Of a stretch of DNA of 64,000 bases, positions 9,854 through 19,914 are shown in pieces. The first letter of the stretch is position 1, and each line of letters begins with the position of its first letter. Both the position numbers and the translations under genes were made by a program. The stretch spans positions 15,338 through 79,337 of the forward strand of contig JBIPLJ010000008.1 in the NCBI GenBank assembly GCA_044368415.1, in the 5' to 3' direction. The notes under the pieces were generated by a model. The model made no database searches. It worked only from the letters and a program-made list of their open reading frames with translations, and was not told the DNA's origin. Origin of the DNA: Burkholderiaceae bacterium (lineage in GTDB: Bacteria; Pseudomonadota; Gammaproteobacteria; Burkholderiales; Burkholderiaceae_E).

Positions 9854-9869
9854 AGCAGGAACCGTGCCA
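9854..9869 (-). promoter_or_regulatory. Sigma-54 (-24/-12) promoter of glnA
   Basis: The minus strand reads TGGCACGGTTCCTGCT (consensus TGGCAC-N5-TTGCW) about 95 nt upstream of the glnA ATG. GCACC/GGTGC half-site-like motifs sit further upstream (9924-9979). Confidence 0.55.
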
Positions 9870-10015
9870 TTCGCCGGCTGGGGTCGACCGCCCGGGGGGA
9901 GGTCGGCAGGCGGCTCTGCGAGCGGTGCGCGCCGGATCACGCCGCAACGCACCGACCCGGGGCGCATCGCGGCGGTGCACGATACCGCATAACGCCCCAC
10001 GTCAGGGCGAGCCCC

Positions 10016-10885
10016 TCATTCCGGAAGCACATCACCCGCGAAGCGCTCGCGCAGCCGCGCCTTCCAGAACTCGCCCGTGGACGTCCGCGGGATGGCGTCG
10101 ATGAACTCGAAGGCGTCGGGCACCTGCCATGTCGCGAAAGCGCCCGACAGGTGGGCACGCAGCTGCGCGGCATCCTCCGATGCGCCGGGCTTGAGGACCA
10201 CGCAGGCGAGCGGACGTTCGGCCCACTTGGGATGTGCGACCGCAATCACCGCGGCCTCGGTGACCGCGGGGTGAGCCATGATCGCGTTCTCCAGGTCGAC
10301 CGAGCTGATCCACTCCCCGCCCGACTTGATCAGGTCCTTGGTCCGGTCTGAGATCCGCAGGTAGCCGTGGGCGTCCATCGCACCGACGTCGCCGGTGCGC
10401 AGCCAGCCGTCGCCTGTGAACGTGTCCGGATCGGCGCCGACCGCGGGATAGCCGCCGGTGATAAACGGCCCGCGGACCTGGATCTCGCCGACCGAGTCGC
10501 CGTCCCAGGGCTGCTCGCCGCCGTCCCCCACGATCCTCAGATCCACCAGGGGCACCAGGACGCCCGCCATCGCGCGGCGCGCGACGGGCGCGAGCCGCAG
10601 GTTCAGCGGATGCATCACGCCACCGGCGGCGGGGATGCCGGAGTACGCCTCGAGGTGGGCGTGGTGGTTCCAGCACAGCGTCGCGACGCGCTCGCCCGGC
10701 TTCAGTCCGGCCGCCAGCAGCGCCGCGGCGAGACGGCGGGTGCGCTCATGCCACTGCACGTCGGTGTGCCGGCGCATCGACTTGTCGGGCAGCCGCGAGA
10801 CGATCTCGCTGGTTCTGAACATCCGACCGGCCCGATCGAGCAGGCTGTTGAGCAACAGGGGCGTGCGCATCATGGTGGCGTGCAT
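10016..10885 (-). pseudogene. Acyl-CoA synthetase (AMP-binding family) with a large in-frame internal deletion
   Basis: The N-terminal ~100 aa (MMRTPLLLNSLLDRAGRMF..GERVATLCWNHHAHLEAYSGIPAAGGVMHPLNLRL) join directly to the C-terminal ~170 aa (..LRIVGDGGEQPWDGDSVGEIQVRGP..WLRTGDVG..DRTKDLIKSGGEWISS..). The central part, including the T-S-G-T-T-G-x-P-K-G type AMP motif, is absent: 289 aa where about 540 is expected. Confidence 0.6.
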
Positions 10886-10937
10886 GGGGTCTTCTCCCCG
10901 TGCGGCCGATGCGGGGCGGTGCCGCTCGGCGGGCACC

Positions 10938-12131
10938 TCAGCCCAGGAATATCTGCTGCAGGTCGTTCAGGAAGCGCAGCCCGAGGGGCGTCGGGCGGAT
11001 CCTGCCCGGATCGGGGTCGATCAGGCCGCGCTCGGCCGCCCGCGCGAGGTGGCGTGCGATTGCGGCGAGCGGCTGCCCGGTGCGCTCGGCGAAGCTCGCC
11101 GCAGGCACACCCTCGATCAGGCGCAGCGCGTTGAGCATGAACTCGAACGGCAACTCGTCGGCGTCGAGCGTGCGGCGCGTCTCGACAGCATCGCCGGCCA
11201 GCGCCGCCGCCATGTAGCGGCGCGGATGGCGCAGCCGCGCGGTGCGCTCGATGCGGTCGTGGAAGGACAGCTTGCCGTGCGCCCCGGCGCCCAGGCCGAG
11301 GTAGTCGCCGAAAGTCCAGTAGTTCAGGTTGTGACGGGCGCGGTGACCGGGGCCCGCATAGGCCGAGACCTCGTAATGAGCAAGCCCGCCTGCGGCGGCG
11401 CCCGCCTCGATCGCCTGCTGCATGTCGGCGACAGTGTCATCGTCGGGCAGCCCCTCGGGCGGGCGGCTCGCGAAGAGCGTGTTCGGCTCCAGTGTCAGGT
11501 TGTAATACGACAGGTGCGGCGGCGAGAAGGCGAGCGCCTGCGCGAGGTCGACGCGCAGCGCAACAAGGTCCTGGCCGGGCAGCCCGTACATCAGGTCGAG
11601 GTTGAAGGTCGGATAGTGCTCGGCGGCGGCCTGCGCGGCCGCAAGCGCCTGATCTCGGTCGTGGACCCGGCCGATGCGCTGCAGGGCAGCGGCGTCGAAG
11701 CTCTGGATGCCGACCGACAGGCGCGTGACACCCGCGTCACGGAACGCGCGGAACTTCTCGCGTTCGAAGGTGCCTGGGTTGGCCTCGAGCGTGACCTCGG
11801 CGTCGGGCGCGAGCTTCAGGTGCGTGCGAAGGTCGGTGACCAGCCGGTCGATCGACTCCGGCGAGAACAGGCTGGGCGTGCCGCCGCCAATGAAGACCGT
11901 CTGCACGGAGCGGCCCCAGACCTGCGGCACCGAGGCCTCGAGGTCGGCACGCAGCGCGTCGAGATAACGCGCCTCGGGCAGTTCGCCGTCGGTCTCGTGC
12001 GAGTTGAAGTCGCAGTACGGGCACTTGCGCAAACACCAGGGCAGGTGCACGTAGACCGACAGCGGCGGCGACTGCACGAGCCCGCTGGCGCGCCGCGACA
12101 GCGAGGCCACGGGGACGATCGCGATGGTCAT
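10938..12131 (-). CDS. hemW: Radical SAM heme chaperone HemW (HemN-like, oxygen-independent coproporphyrinogen oxidase family)
   Basis: Radical-SAM cluster motif HLPWCLRKCPYCDFNSH plus a HemN C-terminal-like domain. Start at ATG 12131 (MTIAIVP); TTG 12140 is the alternative. Confidence 0.9.
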   Translation of the reverse strand: MTIAIVPVASLSRRASGLVQSPPLSVYVHLPWCLRKCPYCDFNSHETDGELPEARYLDALRADLEASVPQVWGRSVQTVFIGGGTPSLFSPESIDRLVTDLRTHLKLAPDAEVTLEANPGTFEREKFRAFRDAGVTRLSVGIQSFDAAALQRIGRVHDRDQALAAAQAAAEHYPTFNLDLMYGLPGQDLVALRVDLAQALAFSPPHLSYYNLTLEPNTLFASRPPEGLPDDDTVADMQQAIEAGAAAGGLAHYEVSAYAGPGHRARHNLNYWTFGDYLGLGAGAHGKLSFHDRIERTARLRHPRRYMAAALAGDAVETRRTLDADELPFEFMLNALRLIEGVPAASFAERTGQPLAAIARHLARAAERGLIDPDPGRIRPTPLGLRFLNDLQQIFLG

Positions 12132-12155
12132 GGCGGCCAAACCCTTGCGCGGCGG

Positions 12156-12794
12156 TCAGTGGCCCGGCGCCGCCGGCAGAAGCCGCGCGTGAACCAGCTT
12201 CGCGAGCAGCTCGCGCATCGCCAGGCCGCGGTGGCTGACGCGATTCTTGGTCGCGGCATCGAGCTCCGCAGCGGTCTGGCCGAGCTCAGGCAGCAGGAAG
12301 TGAGGGTCGTAGCCGAAGCCGCCCTCGCCGCGCGGCGGCTCGACGATCTCGCCGTGCCACAGCCCGTCGGCGATGACCGGCTGCGGGTCGTGGGCGCCGC
12401 GCACCAGCACCAGCGCGCAGTAGTAGAACGCGGAGCGGTCCGCGTGTGCGGCGAGCTCGCGCACCAGGCGCGCGTTGTTCGCGGCGTCGGAGCGGGCGCC
12501 GCCCTCGAGGTCCGCGGCGAAGCGTGCCGAGCGCACGCCAGGCGCGCCGCCCAGCGCCGGCACGCAGACCCCGGAGTCGTCGGCGATCGCGGGCAGCCCC
12601 GTCTCCGCGCTGGCATGCCGTGCCTTGGCGAGCGCGTTCTCCAAGAAGGTGGCATGCGGCTCCTCGGCGTCGCTCACGCCGAGGGCGCCCTGCGCCACCA
12701 CCTCGACGCCAGTCGGCTCGAGCAGCGCGCGCAGCTCGCGCAGCTTGCCCGCGTTGCCCGAGGCGAGAACGACCCGTGACAGCACCGCGCCCAT
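12156..12794 (-). CDS. rdgB: dITP/XTP pyrophosphatase RdgB (HAM1 family)
   Basis: VVLASGNAGKLRELRALL.., ..GGFGYDPHFLLPE.., ..KNRVSHRGLA; 212 aa. Confidence 0.9.
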   Translation of the reverse strand: MGAVLSRVVLASGNAGKLRELRALLEPTGVEVVAQGALGVSDAEEPHATFLENALAKARHASAETGLPAIADDSGVCVPALGGAPGVRSARFAADLEGGARSDAANNARLVRELAAHADRSAFYYCALVLVRGAHDPQPVIADGLWHGEIVEPPRGEGGFGYDPHFLLPELGQTAAELDAATKNRVSHRGLAMRELLAKLVHARLLPAAPGH

Positions 12795-12799
12795 CGCCG

Positions 12800-13552
12800 T
12801 CAGGCGATCGAGCCGATCGCCTGGCGCTGGGCGATCGCGAGCCGGCCGATGCCGTCAGCAGCGAGGTCGAGCAGCGTGTCGACCTGGGCCCGCGAGAACG
12901 GCCGCCCCTCGGCCGTACCCTGGACCTCGACGATGCCGCCCGAGCCGGTGATGACGACATTCATGTCGGTGTCGCAGCTCGAGTCCTCGGCGTAGTCGAG
13001 GTCGAGCACCGCCTGCCCACGCCACAGGCCGACCGACACTGCGGCGACCGAATCGCGCAGCGGCGAGTCGGCGAGTACGCCCCGGCCGCGCAGCCACTCG
13101 ACTGCATCGTGCACGGCGACCCATGCACCGGTGATCGCCGCGGTGCGTGTGCCGCCGTCAGCCTGCAGCACGTCGCAGTCGATCTGGATCGTGCGCTCGC
13201 CTAGCCGTTCGAGGTCGACCACCGCACGCAGGCTGCGGCCGATCAGGCGCTGGATCTCCTGCGTGCGCCCGGACTGCTTGCCGCGCGCCGCCTCACGGTC
13301 ACTGCGGGTGTGGGTGGCCCGCGGCAGCATCCCGTACTCAGCGGTCAGCCACCCCTGCCCCTTGCCGCGCAGGAACGGCGGCACACGGTCCTCGACGCTC
13401 GCCGTGCACAGCACGCGGGTCTCGCCGAATTCCACGAGGACGGCGCCCTCGGCATGGCGGGTGAAGCCGCGCGTGATGCGAACGGTGCGCAGCGCGTCGT
13501 TCGCCCGGCCGCTGGGCCGTGTCAGCGTCGCGTCGTCGGGGGTAAGGGTCAA
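12800..13552 (-). CDS. rph: Ribonuclease PH
   Basis: [63 protein letters not shown] start at 13552, preceded by AGGAGG and overlapping the upstream stop (TTGA). The 318-aa track ORF is an upstream over-extension. Confidence 0.9.
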   Translation of the reverse strand: MTLTPDDATLTRPSGRANDALRTVRITRGFTRHAEGAVLVEFGETRVLCTASVEDRVPPFLRGKGQGWLTAEYGMLPRATHTRSDREAARGKQSGRTQEIQRLIGRSLRAVVDLERLGERTIQIDCDVLQADGGTRTAAITGAWVAVHDAVEWLRGRGVLADSPLRDSVAAVSVGLWRGQAVLDLDYAEDSSCDTDMNVVITGSGGIVEVQGTAEGRPFSRAQVDTLLDLAADGIGRLAIAQRQAIGSIA

Positions 13553-14481
13553 GCGTCGCCTCCTGGTGTGCTCTCGCCGGAGCGTTGGATCGCCTTCTGG
13601 ATCTCGGCGATCTGCCGTTCGATGTCCTCGTCGGACAGCGCGGCTTCGGGCGCGTCGCCGACGCCGTCGAACGAGATCGTGGTGGTGACCGCGCCGTCGG
13701 GCAGGTCGAGCGAGGACAGCGTGGGCACGTCCTCGACCGACTCGCTGCTCTCCCAAGTGAGCGCGACCACGGTGGTGTTGTCGGCGACGCGGCCGTTAGA
13801 CGCCACCGCGCGCTGCACCAGCGCGGGCACGGTGAGCGCGACCGGCCCACGGGCGAAAGCTGCGGCAAACTCGCCCTCGGGCAGCCCGGTCCAGAAGCCA
13901 TCGGAACACAGCACCAACGTGTCGCCACTCTGCAGCTTCACGCGGGTGGTGATCTCGACCGTCGGTTCATAGGGCGAGCCGAGGCAGTTCAGCACCTTGT
14001 TGCGCTCGGGATGGTTGTCCTGCTCATGCACGGCGATCAGCCCGAGCGACACCATCGACTGCACCTTGGAATGGTCGCGGGTGCGCGAGAGGATTCGCCC
14101 GTCGCGCAGCCAGTACAACCGGGAATCACCGGCATGGGCCCACCAGGCGGCGTCGTCCTGCACGATGCAGGCGACGACCGTCGTGCGCGGCGCCTCGGGC
14201 AACCTGTGCTGGGCCTGGTAGCGCAGCAGGTCGCGGTGCGCGGTGCGCAGCGCGGCGTCGAGGAAGGCGGCGGGGTCCGCAATGCGCGGCTGCGCCTCGC
14301 GCTGGAAGGCCGACGCGCAGGCCTGCAGCGTGAGCTGCGCGGCCACCTCGCCCCGCACGTGGCCGCCCATGCCGTCGGCCACCAACATCAACAGCGACTC
14401 GCGCGAGAAGCAGTAGCCCATTCGGTCCTGATTGACCGTGCGGGCGCCGATTGCCGTGTCCTGGAAGATAGTGAATCGCAT
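13549..14481 (-). CDS. PP2C-family Ser/Thr protein phosphatase
   Basis: [51 protein letters not shown] (PP2C metal-binding motifs). Start at ATG 14481; the track ORF is over-extended upstream. Confidence 0.85.
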   Translation of the reverse strand: MRFTIFQDTAIGARTVNQDRMGYCFSRESLLMLVADGMGGHVRGEVAAQLTLQACASAFQREAQPRIADPAAFLDAALRTAHRDLLRYQAQHRLPEAPRTTVVACIVQDDAAWWAHAGDSRLYWLRDGRILSRTRDHSKVQSMVSLGLIAVHEQDNHPERNKVLNCLGSPYEPTVEITTRVKLQSGDTLVLCSDGFWTGLPEGEFAAAFARGPVALTVPALVQRAVASNGRVADNTTVVALTWESSESVEDVPTLSSLDLPDGAVTTTISFDGVGDAPEAALSDEDIERQIAEIQKAIQRSGESTPGGDA

Positions 14482-14495
14482 CGCGGCCCCGACCT

Positions 14496-15515
14496 TCACG
14501 ACGCCTTCTGCGTCGGCCACATCAGCGTGGAATCCTGACGGACCGGACGGCGCCGGCGTCCGGAAAGCCCGTCGATCCAGCGCGAGAAGCTGGCGGCCTG
14601 CACGGGCGGCACCGACGGAGTCTCGTGAGCGGGCTCGCGCAGCGCGCGCTGCAGCACAAAGACACTCTGCGGGCGCTCGAGCGGGTTCTGCTTGAGGCAC
14701 CAGTGAACGATGTCCACGAGCTGCTGCGAGTAGAGCTTCACCGCCTGCGCGAGCGCGGCATCGACCTTGTCGTGCAGCCCGCGCTGGTCGGCCGGTTGCG
14801 GAGGCGCGCCGACCATGCATCCGTACATCGTCGCGCCCAGACCGTAGATGTCGGTCCAGGGACCGAGATGCTGGTTGCGGCGGTAGAGCTCGGGGCCGGC
14901 GAAGCCGGGCGTGTACATCGGGAAGAGCTTCGGGGCGTCGAGCGTCAGCGTCTGCCGGGCAGCGCCGAAGTCGAGCAGCATCGGCGAGCCGTCCTGGCGC
15001 AGGTAGACGTTGGCAGGCTTGAGGTCCAGGTGCAGCATCCGGTTCGCGTGAACCTCGCGCAGCCCGTTCATCACCTGAGAGAAGATTCGGCGGATGTGCC
15101 GCTCGGGCATGACCTCCCGACCCGGCTTGCCCCGGTAGCGGATGATCAGCTCCTGCAGGCTGCGGCCGCGTTCGTAGGCCATAACCATGTAGACGGTGTC
15201 GTTGGCCCGGAAAAAGTTGAGCACCCGCACCACGTTCGGATGCAGCACGCGGGCGAGCGCGCGGCCTTCCTCGAAGAAGCACTTCAGGCCATTGCGGTAG
15301 GTGTTCTGGTTATCGTTGGCGACCGAGGGCACCAGATCGCCCGGAGCGCGGCGTACCAGCGAGCTTGGGAGATACTCCTTGAGCGCGACCGGCTGCCCGT
15401 CGGGATCGTCGGCGAGATAGACGATCGAGAATCCCCCGCTCGCGATCTTCCTTACAATCCGGTAGCCGCCGACTTCGAGGCCTTCGGGCAGCGGGGCGTT
15501 GGTCTGATTTGCCAT
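14496..15515 (-). CDS. Ser/Thr protein kinase (Hanks type), soluble
   Basis: Gly-loop IASGGFSIVY, VALKEY, catalytic loop LHLDLKPANV, LLDFGAA, YTPGFAGPE. Start at MANQTN (ATG 15515). Confidence 0.85.
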   Translation of the reverse strand: MANQTNAPLPEGLEVGGYRIVRKIASGGFSIVYLADDPDGQPVALKEYLPSSLVRRAPGDLVPSVANDNQNTYRNGLKCFFEEGRALARVLHPNVVRVLNFFRANDTVYMVMAYERGRSLQELIIRYRGKPGREVMPERHIRRIFSQVMNGLREVHANRMLHLDLKPANVYLRQDGSPMLLDFGAARQTLTLDAPKLFPMYTPGFAGPELYRRNQHLGPWTDIYGLGATMYGCMVGAPPQPADQRGLHDKVDAALAQAVKLYSQQLVDIVHWCLKQNPLERPQSVFVLQRALREPAHETPSVPPVQAASFSRWIDGLSGRRRRPVRQDSTLMWPTQKAS

Positions 15516-15530
15516 AACGGAAGGATTGTA

Positions 15531-16445
15531 ATGAACTCGAAGGTCGCGGGCGTCCACAGCATGACCGGCTTCGGTACCGTGACCCACGACCAAGCGCTCG
15601 GGCGGCTAGGAATCGAGCTCCGATCGGTGAATTCGCGTTACCTGGACATCGCCTTCCGTCTGCCCGACGAGCTGCGCGCGCTCGAGCCACCGCTGCGCGA
15701 GGCGATCCAGGCGCGTGTGACGCGCGGCAAGATCGACTGCCGGGCATCGGTGCAGCACCGTACCGCCCAACGGCCGGAGGTTGTGCTTCGTCCTGGCGCG
15801 CTCGATGCGCTCGCGCTCGCGCAGGACGCTGTGCTCACAAGGATGCCGGGGGCGGCGCCGCTCTCGGTCGCCGACTGCCTGCGGTTTCCAGGGGTGGTCG
15901 ACGACCCGCAGCCGGACCCCGCCCAGTGGGTCGGCGCGTTCAGGCCGCTCTTTGGCGCCGCGATCGACGAGCTGCTCGCCAGCCGGGCCCGCGAGGGCGC
16001 GCGCCTGGGCGACGTGATCCGCGACCGGGCCGGTTCGATGTCCGCGATCGTGTCCGCGCTTCGACCGCGTGCACCCGAGCTGGTCGCCGAATTCGGGCTG
16101 CGGCTCACCGAGAGGCTGCGCGAGGCGGCCACCGGCGCGCTGGCCGGCACCGCGGTACCACTCGACGAGGCGATGGCCCGGATCCGGCAGGAGGTCTCCG
16201 TCTACGGGATGCGGGTCGATGTCGCCGAGGAGCTTGCGCGGCTCGAGATTCACATCGCGGAGCTGGTGCGGATCGTCGACGGCGGCGGACAGGTCGGCAA
16301 GCGGCTTGACTTCCTGATGCAGGAGCTCAACCGCGAGGCCAACACGCTGGGCTCGAAGGCCGCAGGGCTGGAGGTCACGCAGGCCTCGGTCGAGCTCAAA
16401 CTGCTGATCGAGCAGGTGCGCGAGCAGGTGCAGAACCTGGAGTAA
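15531..16445 (+). CDS. yicC: YicC-family stress-induced protein
   Basis: ..HSMTGFG.. N-terminus and C-terminal DUF1732-like EELARLEIHI..GKRLDFLMQELNREANTLGSK. ATG 15531 has GGAAGGA 5 nt upstream; ATG 15561 (MTGFG) is the alternative. Confidence 0.85.
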   Translation: MNSKVAGVHSMTGFGTVTHDQALGRLGIELRSVNSRYLDIAFRLPDELRALEPPLREAIQARVTRGKIDCRASVQHRTAQRPEVVLRPGALDALALAQDAVLTRMPGAAPLSVADCLRFPGVVDDPQPDPAQWVGAFRPLFGAAIDELLASRAREGARLGDVIRDRAGSMSAIVSALRPRAPELVAEFGLRLTERLREAATGALAGTAVPLDEAMARIRQEVSVYGMRVDVAEELARLEIHIAELVRIVDGGGQVGKRLDFLMQELNREANTLGSKAAGLEVTQASVELKLLIEQVREQVQNLE

Positions 16446-16600
16446 TCGCGCTCGATATGCTGACGGGGTTCGCTGGCGCACAGATCCGGCACCGTCCACA
16501 GCTGGGCCGAACGCGAGCAGGCCACACGCTTCACGTGGGGAACGGCCAGTGTGAGCAATGTCGTGGACCGGGCGCGCTGAAGGCCGACGCCTGAAGGAGC

Positions 16601-18190
16601 TCAGCGGCGTTCGAGCCTGAACACGCCGACGGCCCGGACGAGTTCCTCCGCCTGGCGGCTGAGCGAGTCGGCGGCCGCGGCGCTCTGCTCGACCAGCGCG
16701 GCGTTCTGCTGCGTCGACTCGTCCATCCGCGCCACCGACTCGCCGACCTGGGCGACACCCGCGCTCTGCTCGGCGCTGGCGGTACTGATCTCGCCGACGA
16801 TGTCGGTCACGCGCTGGATGGACTCGACGATCTCGACCATGGTGCGGCCGGCGTCGGCGACCAGCCCGGTGCCCTGCTCCACCCGCGTCACGCTGGTGCC
16901 GATCAGGCCCTTGATCTGGCGGGCGGCATCGGCGCTGCGCTGCGCGAGGCTTCGCACTTCGGCGGCGACGACCGCGAAGCCGCGCCCCTGCTCGCCGGCA
17001 CGCGCCGCCTCCACCGCCGCGTTCAGCGCGAGGATGTTGGTCTGGAAGGCGATGCCGTCGATGACGGAGATGATCTCCCCGATCTCGCGCGAGCTGTCCC
17101 GGATGCCTTCCATCGTCTCGACGACGCGTTCGACGACCTGACCGCCACGACGGGCCACCTCCGAGGCGCCCACCGCAAGCTGGTTGGCCTCGCGGGCGCT
17201 GCAGGCATTGGTGCGCACGGTCGCGCCGAGTTCGTCCATCGTCGAAGCGGTGCCCTGCAGCGCGCTCGCCTGCTGCTCCGTCCGCACCGACAGGTCGCGA
17301 TTGCCCTGGGCGATCTGCACGCTGGCCGCCGCCACGCCCTCGGCCCCCATGCGCACCGCGGCGACCGCCTCGGCAAGCCGCGCCTGCATCACCGAGACCT
17401 GCGCCAGCAGGCTGTGCGTGTCGCCCGCACGCAGCGTAATCGGCGTGCCGAGGTCGCCCTCCGCCACTTTCTGCACGACGGAGGCTGCGAAGCGCGGCTC
17501 GCCGCCGAGCTGGCGCATCAGCCCGCGAGCGATGGCCCAGGCGAAGATCCCGCCGAGCAGCAGGGCCAGCGCGATCAGTCCGGCGACCGTCGCGATCGCG
17601 CGACCGTAGATGCGCTTGGACTGCTCGGCGGCCGCCGCGCCGCCTGAAAACGTGTAGTCCGAAACCTTGGCGAGCGACATGAGGAGCTCGTCGAGCGACC
17701 TGCTCGCAGCGCCGTCGCTGATGTCGGCCGCATCCTGCTGCTTGCGCTCGGCGCCGAGCGACACCACCCGTGCCGCCGCCTGCCGGTAGGCGCCCCAGTA
17801 CTTCGCGAAGGCCTCGGCCAGCGCCCGCTCCTCGTCGGTGACGAGCAGCGCAACGTACGCGGCCATCGCCTCGCCCGCGGCCTTGCCGGACTCTGCCATC
17901 TTCGCCTCATATTCGGCGTGATAGCTCCGATCGGTGCTGCGGCTGTGGCGCACCTCGAAGTCGCGCATGTCGAGCACCGCCGCACGGGCTTGCGCCACAT
18001 GTCCGACGCCCTGCAGCCACTTGGCGGCGAGCGCATCGGCCTGCGCCTGCACGCGGCGCAGGCTGTCGAGGGAGAGGGAGACGGCGCCGACCACGGCCGT
18101 GAGCAGCAGCACAGCGGCGAAGGCGATCGCCAGCTGGCGGCCGACGGAGAGGCGCGCTAGACCGGTGCGCCCGATCGGGGATCGACTCAT
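16601..18190 (-). CDS. Methyl-accepting chemotaxis protein (4-helix-bundle sensor, HAMP, MA domain)
   Basis: TM1 ([18 protein letters not shown]), helical periplasmic region, TM2, HAMP, and the invariant signalling hairpin [40 protein letters not shown]. Start at ATG 18190. Confidence 0.85.
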   Translation of the reverse strand: MSRSPIGRTGLARLSVGRQLAIAFAAVLLLTAVVGAVSLSLDSLRRVQAQADALAAKWLQGVGHVAQARAAVLDMRDFEVRHSRSTDRSYHAEYEAKMAESGKAAGEAMAAYVALLVTDEERALAEAFAKYWGAYRQAAARVVSLGAERKQQDAADISDGAASRSLDELLMSLAKVSDYTFSGGAAAAEQSKRIYGRAIATVAGLIALALLLGGIFAWAIARGLMRQLGGEPRFAASVVQKVAEGDLGTPITLRAGDTHSLLAQVSVMQARLAEAVAAVRMGAEGVAAASVQIAQGNRDLSVRTEQQASALQGTASTMDELGATVRTNACSAREANQLAVGASEVARRGGQVVERVVETMEGIRDSSREIGEIISVIDGIAFQTNILALNAAVEAARAGEQGRGFAVVAAEVRSLAQRSADAARQIKGLIGTSVTRVEQGTGLVADAGRTMVEIVESIQRVTDIVGEISTASAEQSAGVAQVGESVARMDESTQQNAALVEQSAAAADSLSRQAEELVRAVGVFRLERR

Positions 18191-18263
18191 CGCGGGACTC
18201 CAGCGGCGGCGTGTTGTGCGCCGCCGCTTCGGTTGCAGAGGCCGGGGCGAGCTTGCCGCCGGA

Positions 18264-18758
18264 TCACTTCTTGTGACCGATGTAGCTCGCGCCGATGACC
18301 TTGCCCCCCCCGTCCCGGATCGGGTTGTAGCAGGCGTCGAAGGCCGCGCCGAGCACGTCGATCGGGCCGCAGAACTGCTTGCCGGCCGAGAGCGCCTCGA
18401 AGGCCGGGTTGCGCGCAAGCAGGGTGCCGATGCCGCGCTTTCCTTCGAGCGTCAGCACGTTGGTGCTGACACGGACGAATTCGTCGCCCTGGCGGACGAA
18501 CACGGTGGCGGTCGCGCCGTGCGTCTTCCGGACCGCATCGACAACGTCGTAGTTGTTGTTGATCTTGCGCTCGCCGAAGAAGAGCGCCGGGACGGTCTTG
18601 TCGCCTGCGGTGTCGGTGCCGTCCACTCGCGGCGTGCCAATCTTGGCGAGGCGAGCGTCGAGGTCGGCGATCGTCGCCTTGGGGTCGTTGGCGACCGCGG
18701 GCGAGGACAGCGCCGCGAACGCGGCGAATGCGACGAGACCGAGCGAGATGAGTTTCAT
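18264..18758 (-). CDS. Stand-alone secreted Cache-type (Cache_3/Cache_2-like) ligand-binding domain protein
   Basis: Signal peptide [23 protein letters not shown]. Then ..[70 protein letters not shown], a pattern typical of Cache sensor modules of MCPs and kinases. AAGGAG lies upstream of ATG 18758; 164 aa. Confidence 0.55.
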   Translation of the reverse strand: MKLISLGLVAFAAFAALSSPAVANDPKATIADLDARLAKIGTPRVDGTDTAGDKTVPALFFGERKINNNYDVVDAVRKTHGATATVFVRQGDEFVRVSTNVLTLEGKRGIGTLLARNPAFEALSAGKQFCGPIDVLGAAFDACYNPIRDGGGKVIGASYIGHKK

Positions 18759-18998
18759 CGGATGGACTCCTTGGACGTTGGGCACGGCTCGTCCGGATCG
18801 GGACGCGATGTCGCGCGACGACACCGTGCAGAGCGTGTGTCCTGGACGAAACACAACTGACCGTCCGAAAAGGTCAGGAAGTTCCGGGTAGATTGCCACT
18901 GCAAGTGGCTGCATGGGGAGCGCCCGTCCGCGGGCGGATCGCCGCCTCGCAGTCAAACCTGAGAGAATGAAGCGCCGCCGCGTCTCCACCCCCTTCCG

Positions 18999-19640
18999 AT
19001 GTCCGTCTCGGCCTTCCAAGGCAGCCTGCTGATCGTCGTCGCCCCCTCCGGGGCCGGCAAGACCTCCCTCGTGCGGCACCTGCTCGGCGTGCGCGACGGC
19101 CTGCGCCTGTCGGTCTCGTACACCACCCGGGCGCCCCGCCCAGGCGAACGCGATGGGGTGGACTACCGCTTCGTCACGCTCGAGGCGTTCGAGCGCCGGC
19201 GCGGCGAAGGCGAGTTCCTGGAATGGGCGCAGGTCCACGGCAACCACTACGCCACGTCGCGTAACTGGATCGCGACGCAGATGGCCGCGGGCGTCGACAT
19301 CGTGCTGGAGATCGACTGGCAGGGCGCCGCACAGGTCCGCCGGCTGTTTCCGGACGCGGTCTCGGTGTTTATCGCGCCGCCCTCGCTCGAGGTGCTGCGC
19401 GAGCGGCTGACCACGCGGGGCCAGGATGCCCCCGAGGTGATCGAGAAGCGCCTACTGGCGGCCCGCAGCGAGCTCGAGCATGCGGGCGAGTGCCAATATG
19501 TTATTATCAATCAAGAGTTTGCGGCGGCCTGCCAGGCGCTGGTCGGGATTGCGGACGCTGCTCGCTGCCGGTTAGGCCAGCAGCAGTGTCGTCATCCGGA
19601 CCTGTTCGCCGAGCTGGGCATGACGCGGGCACCCGAATGA
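18999..19640 (+). CDS. gmk: Guanylate kinase
   Basis: P-loop VVAPSGAGKTSL; ..YTTRAPRPGERDGVDYRFV..; 213 aa. Confidence 0.92.
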   Translation: MSVSAFQGSLLIVVAPSGAGKTSLVRHLLGVRDGLRLSVSYTTRAPRPGERDGVDYRFVTLEAFERRRGEGEFLEWAQVHGNHYATSRNWIATQMAAGVDIVLEIDWQGAAQVRRLFPDAVSVFIAPPSLEVLRERLTTRGQDAPEVIEKRLLAARSELEHAGECQYVIINQEFAAACQALVGIADAARCRLGQQQCRHPDLFAELGMTRAPE

Positions 19641-19685
19641 ACCGGGCCCGCGGCCGTACCGACCGATCACCTTCCTGGACACGCC

Positions 19686-19889
19686 ATGGCCCGCATCACC
19701 GTCGAAGACTGCCTCAAGCAGATCCCCAACCGGTTCGAGCTGACGCTCGCCGCGACCTACCGGGCGCGCATGCTGGCGCAGGGTCACTCGCCGAAGGTCG
19801 ACAGCAAGGACAAGCCGACGGTCACCGCGCTGCGCGAGATCGCCACCGGCAAGGTCGGCAAGGAAATGCTGCGCCGCGTCCCCACCTGA
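19686..19889 (+). CDS. rpoZ: DNA-directed RNA polymerase subunit omega
   Basis: [30 protein letters not shown]; 67 aa; between gmk and spoT. Confidence 0.95.
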   Translation: MARITVEDCLKQIPNRFELTLAATYRARMLAQGHSPKVDSKDKPTVTALREIATGKVGKEMLRRVPT

Positions 19890-19914
19890 CACGCACTGCC
19901 GCGCGCACGAACCG

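Noticed and set aside
10458-12779. 773-aa plus-strand ORF spanning the hemW/rdgB region.
   Set aside because: It is antisense to two motif-rich, well-supported genes. Its translation is Arg/Ala/Gly/Pro-dominated with no recognisable motif. This is a typical high-GC shadow ORF.
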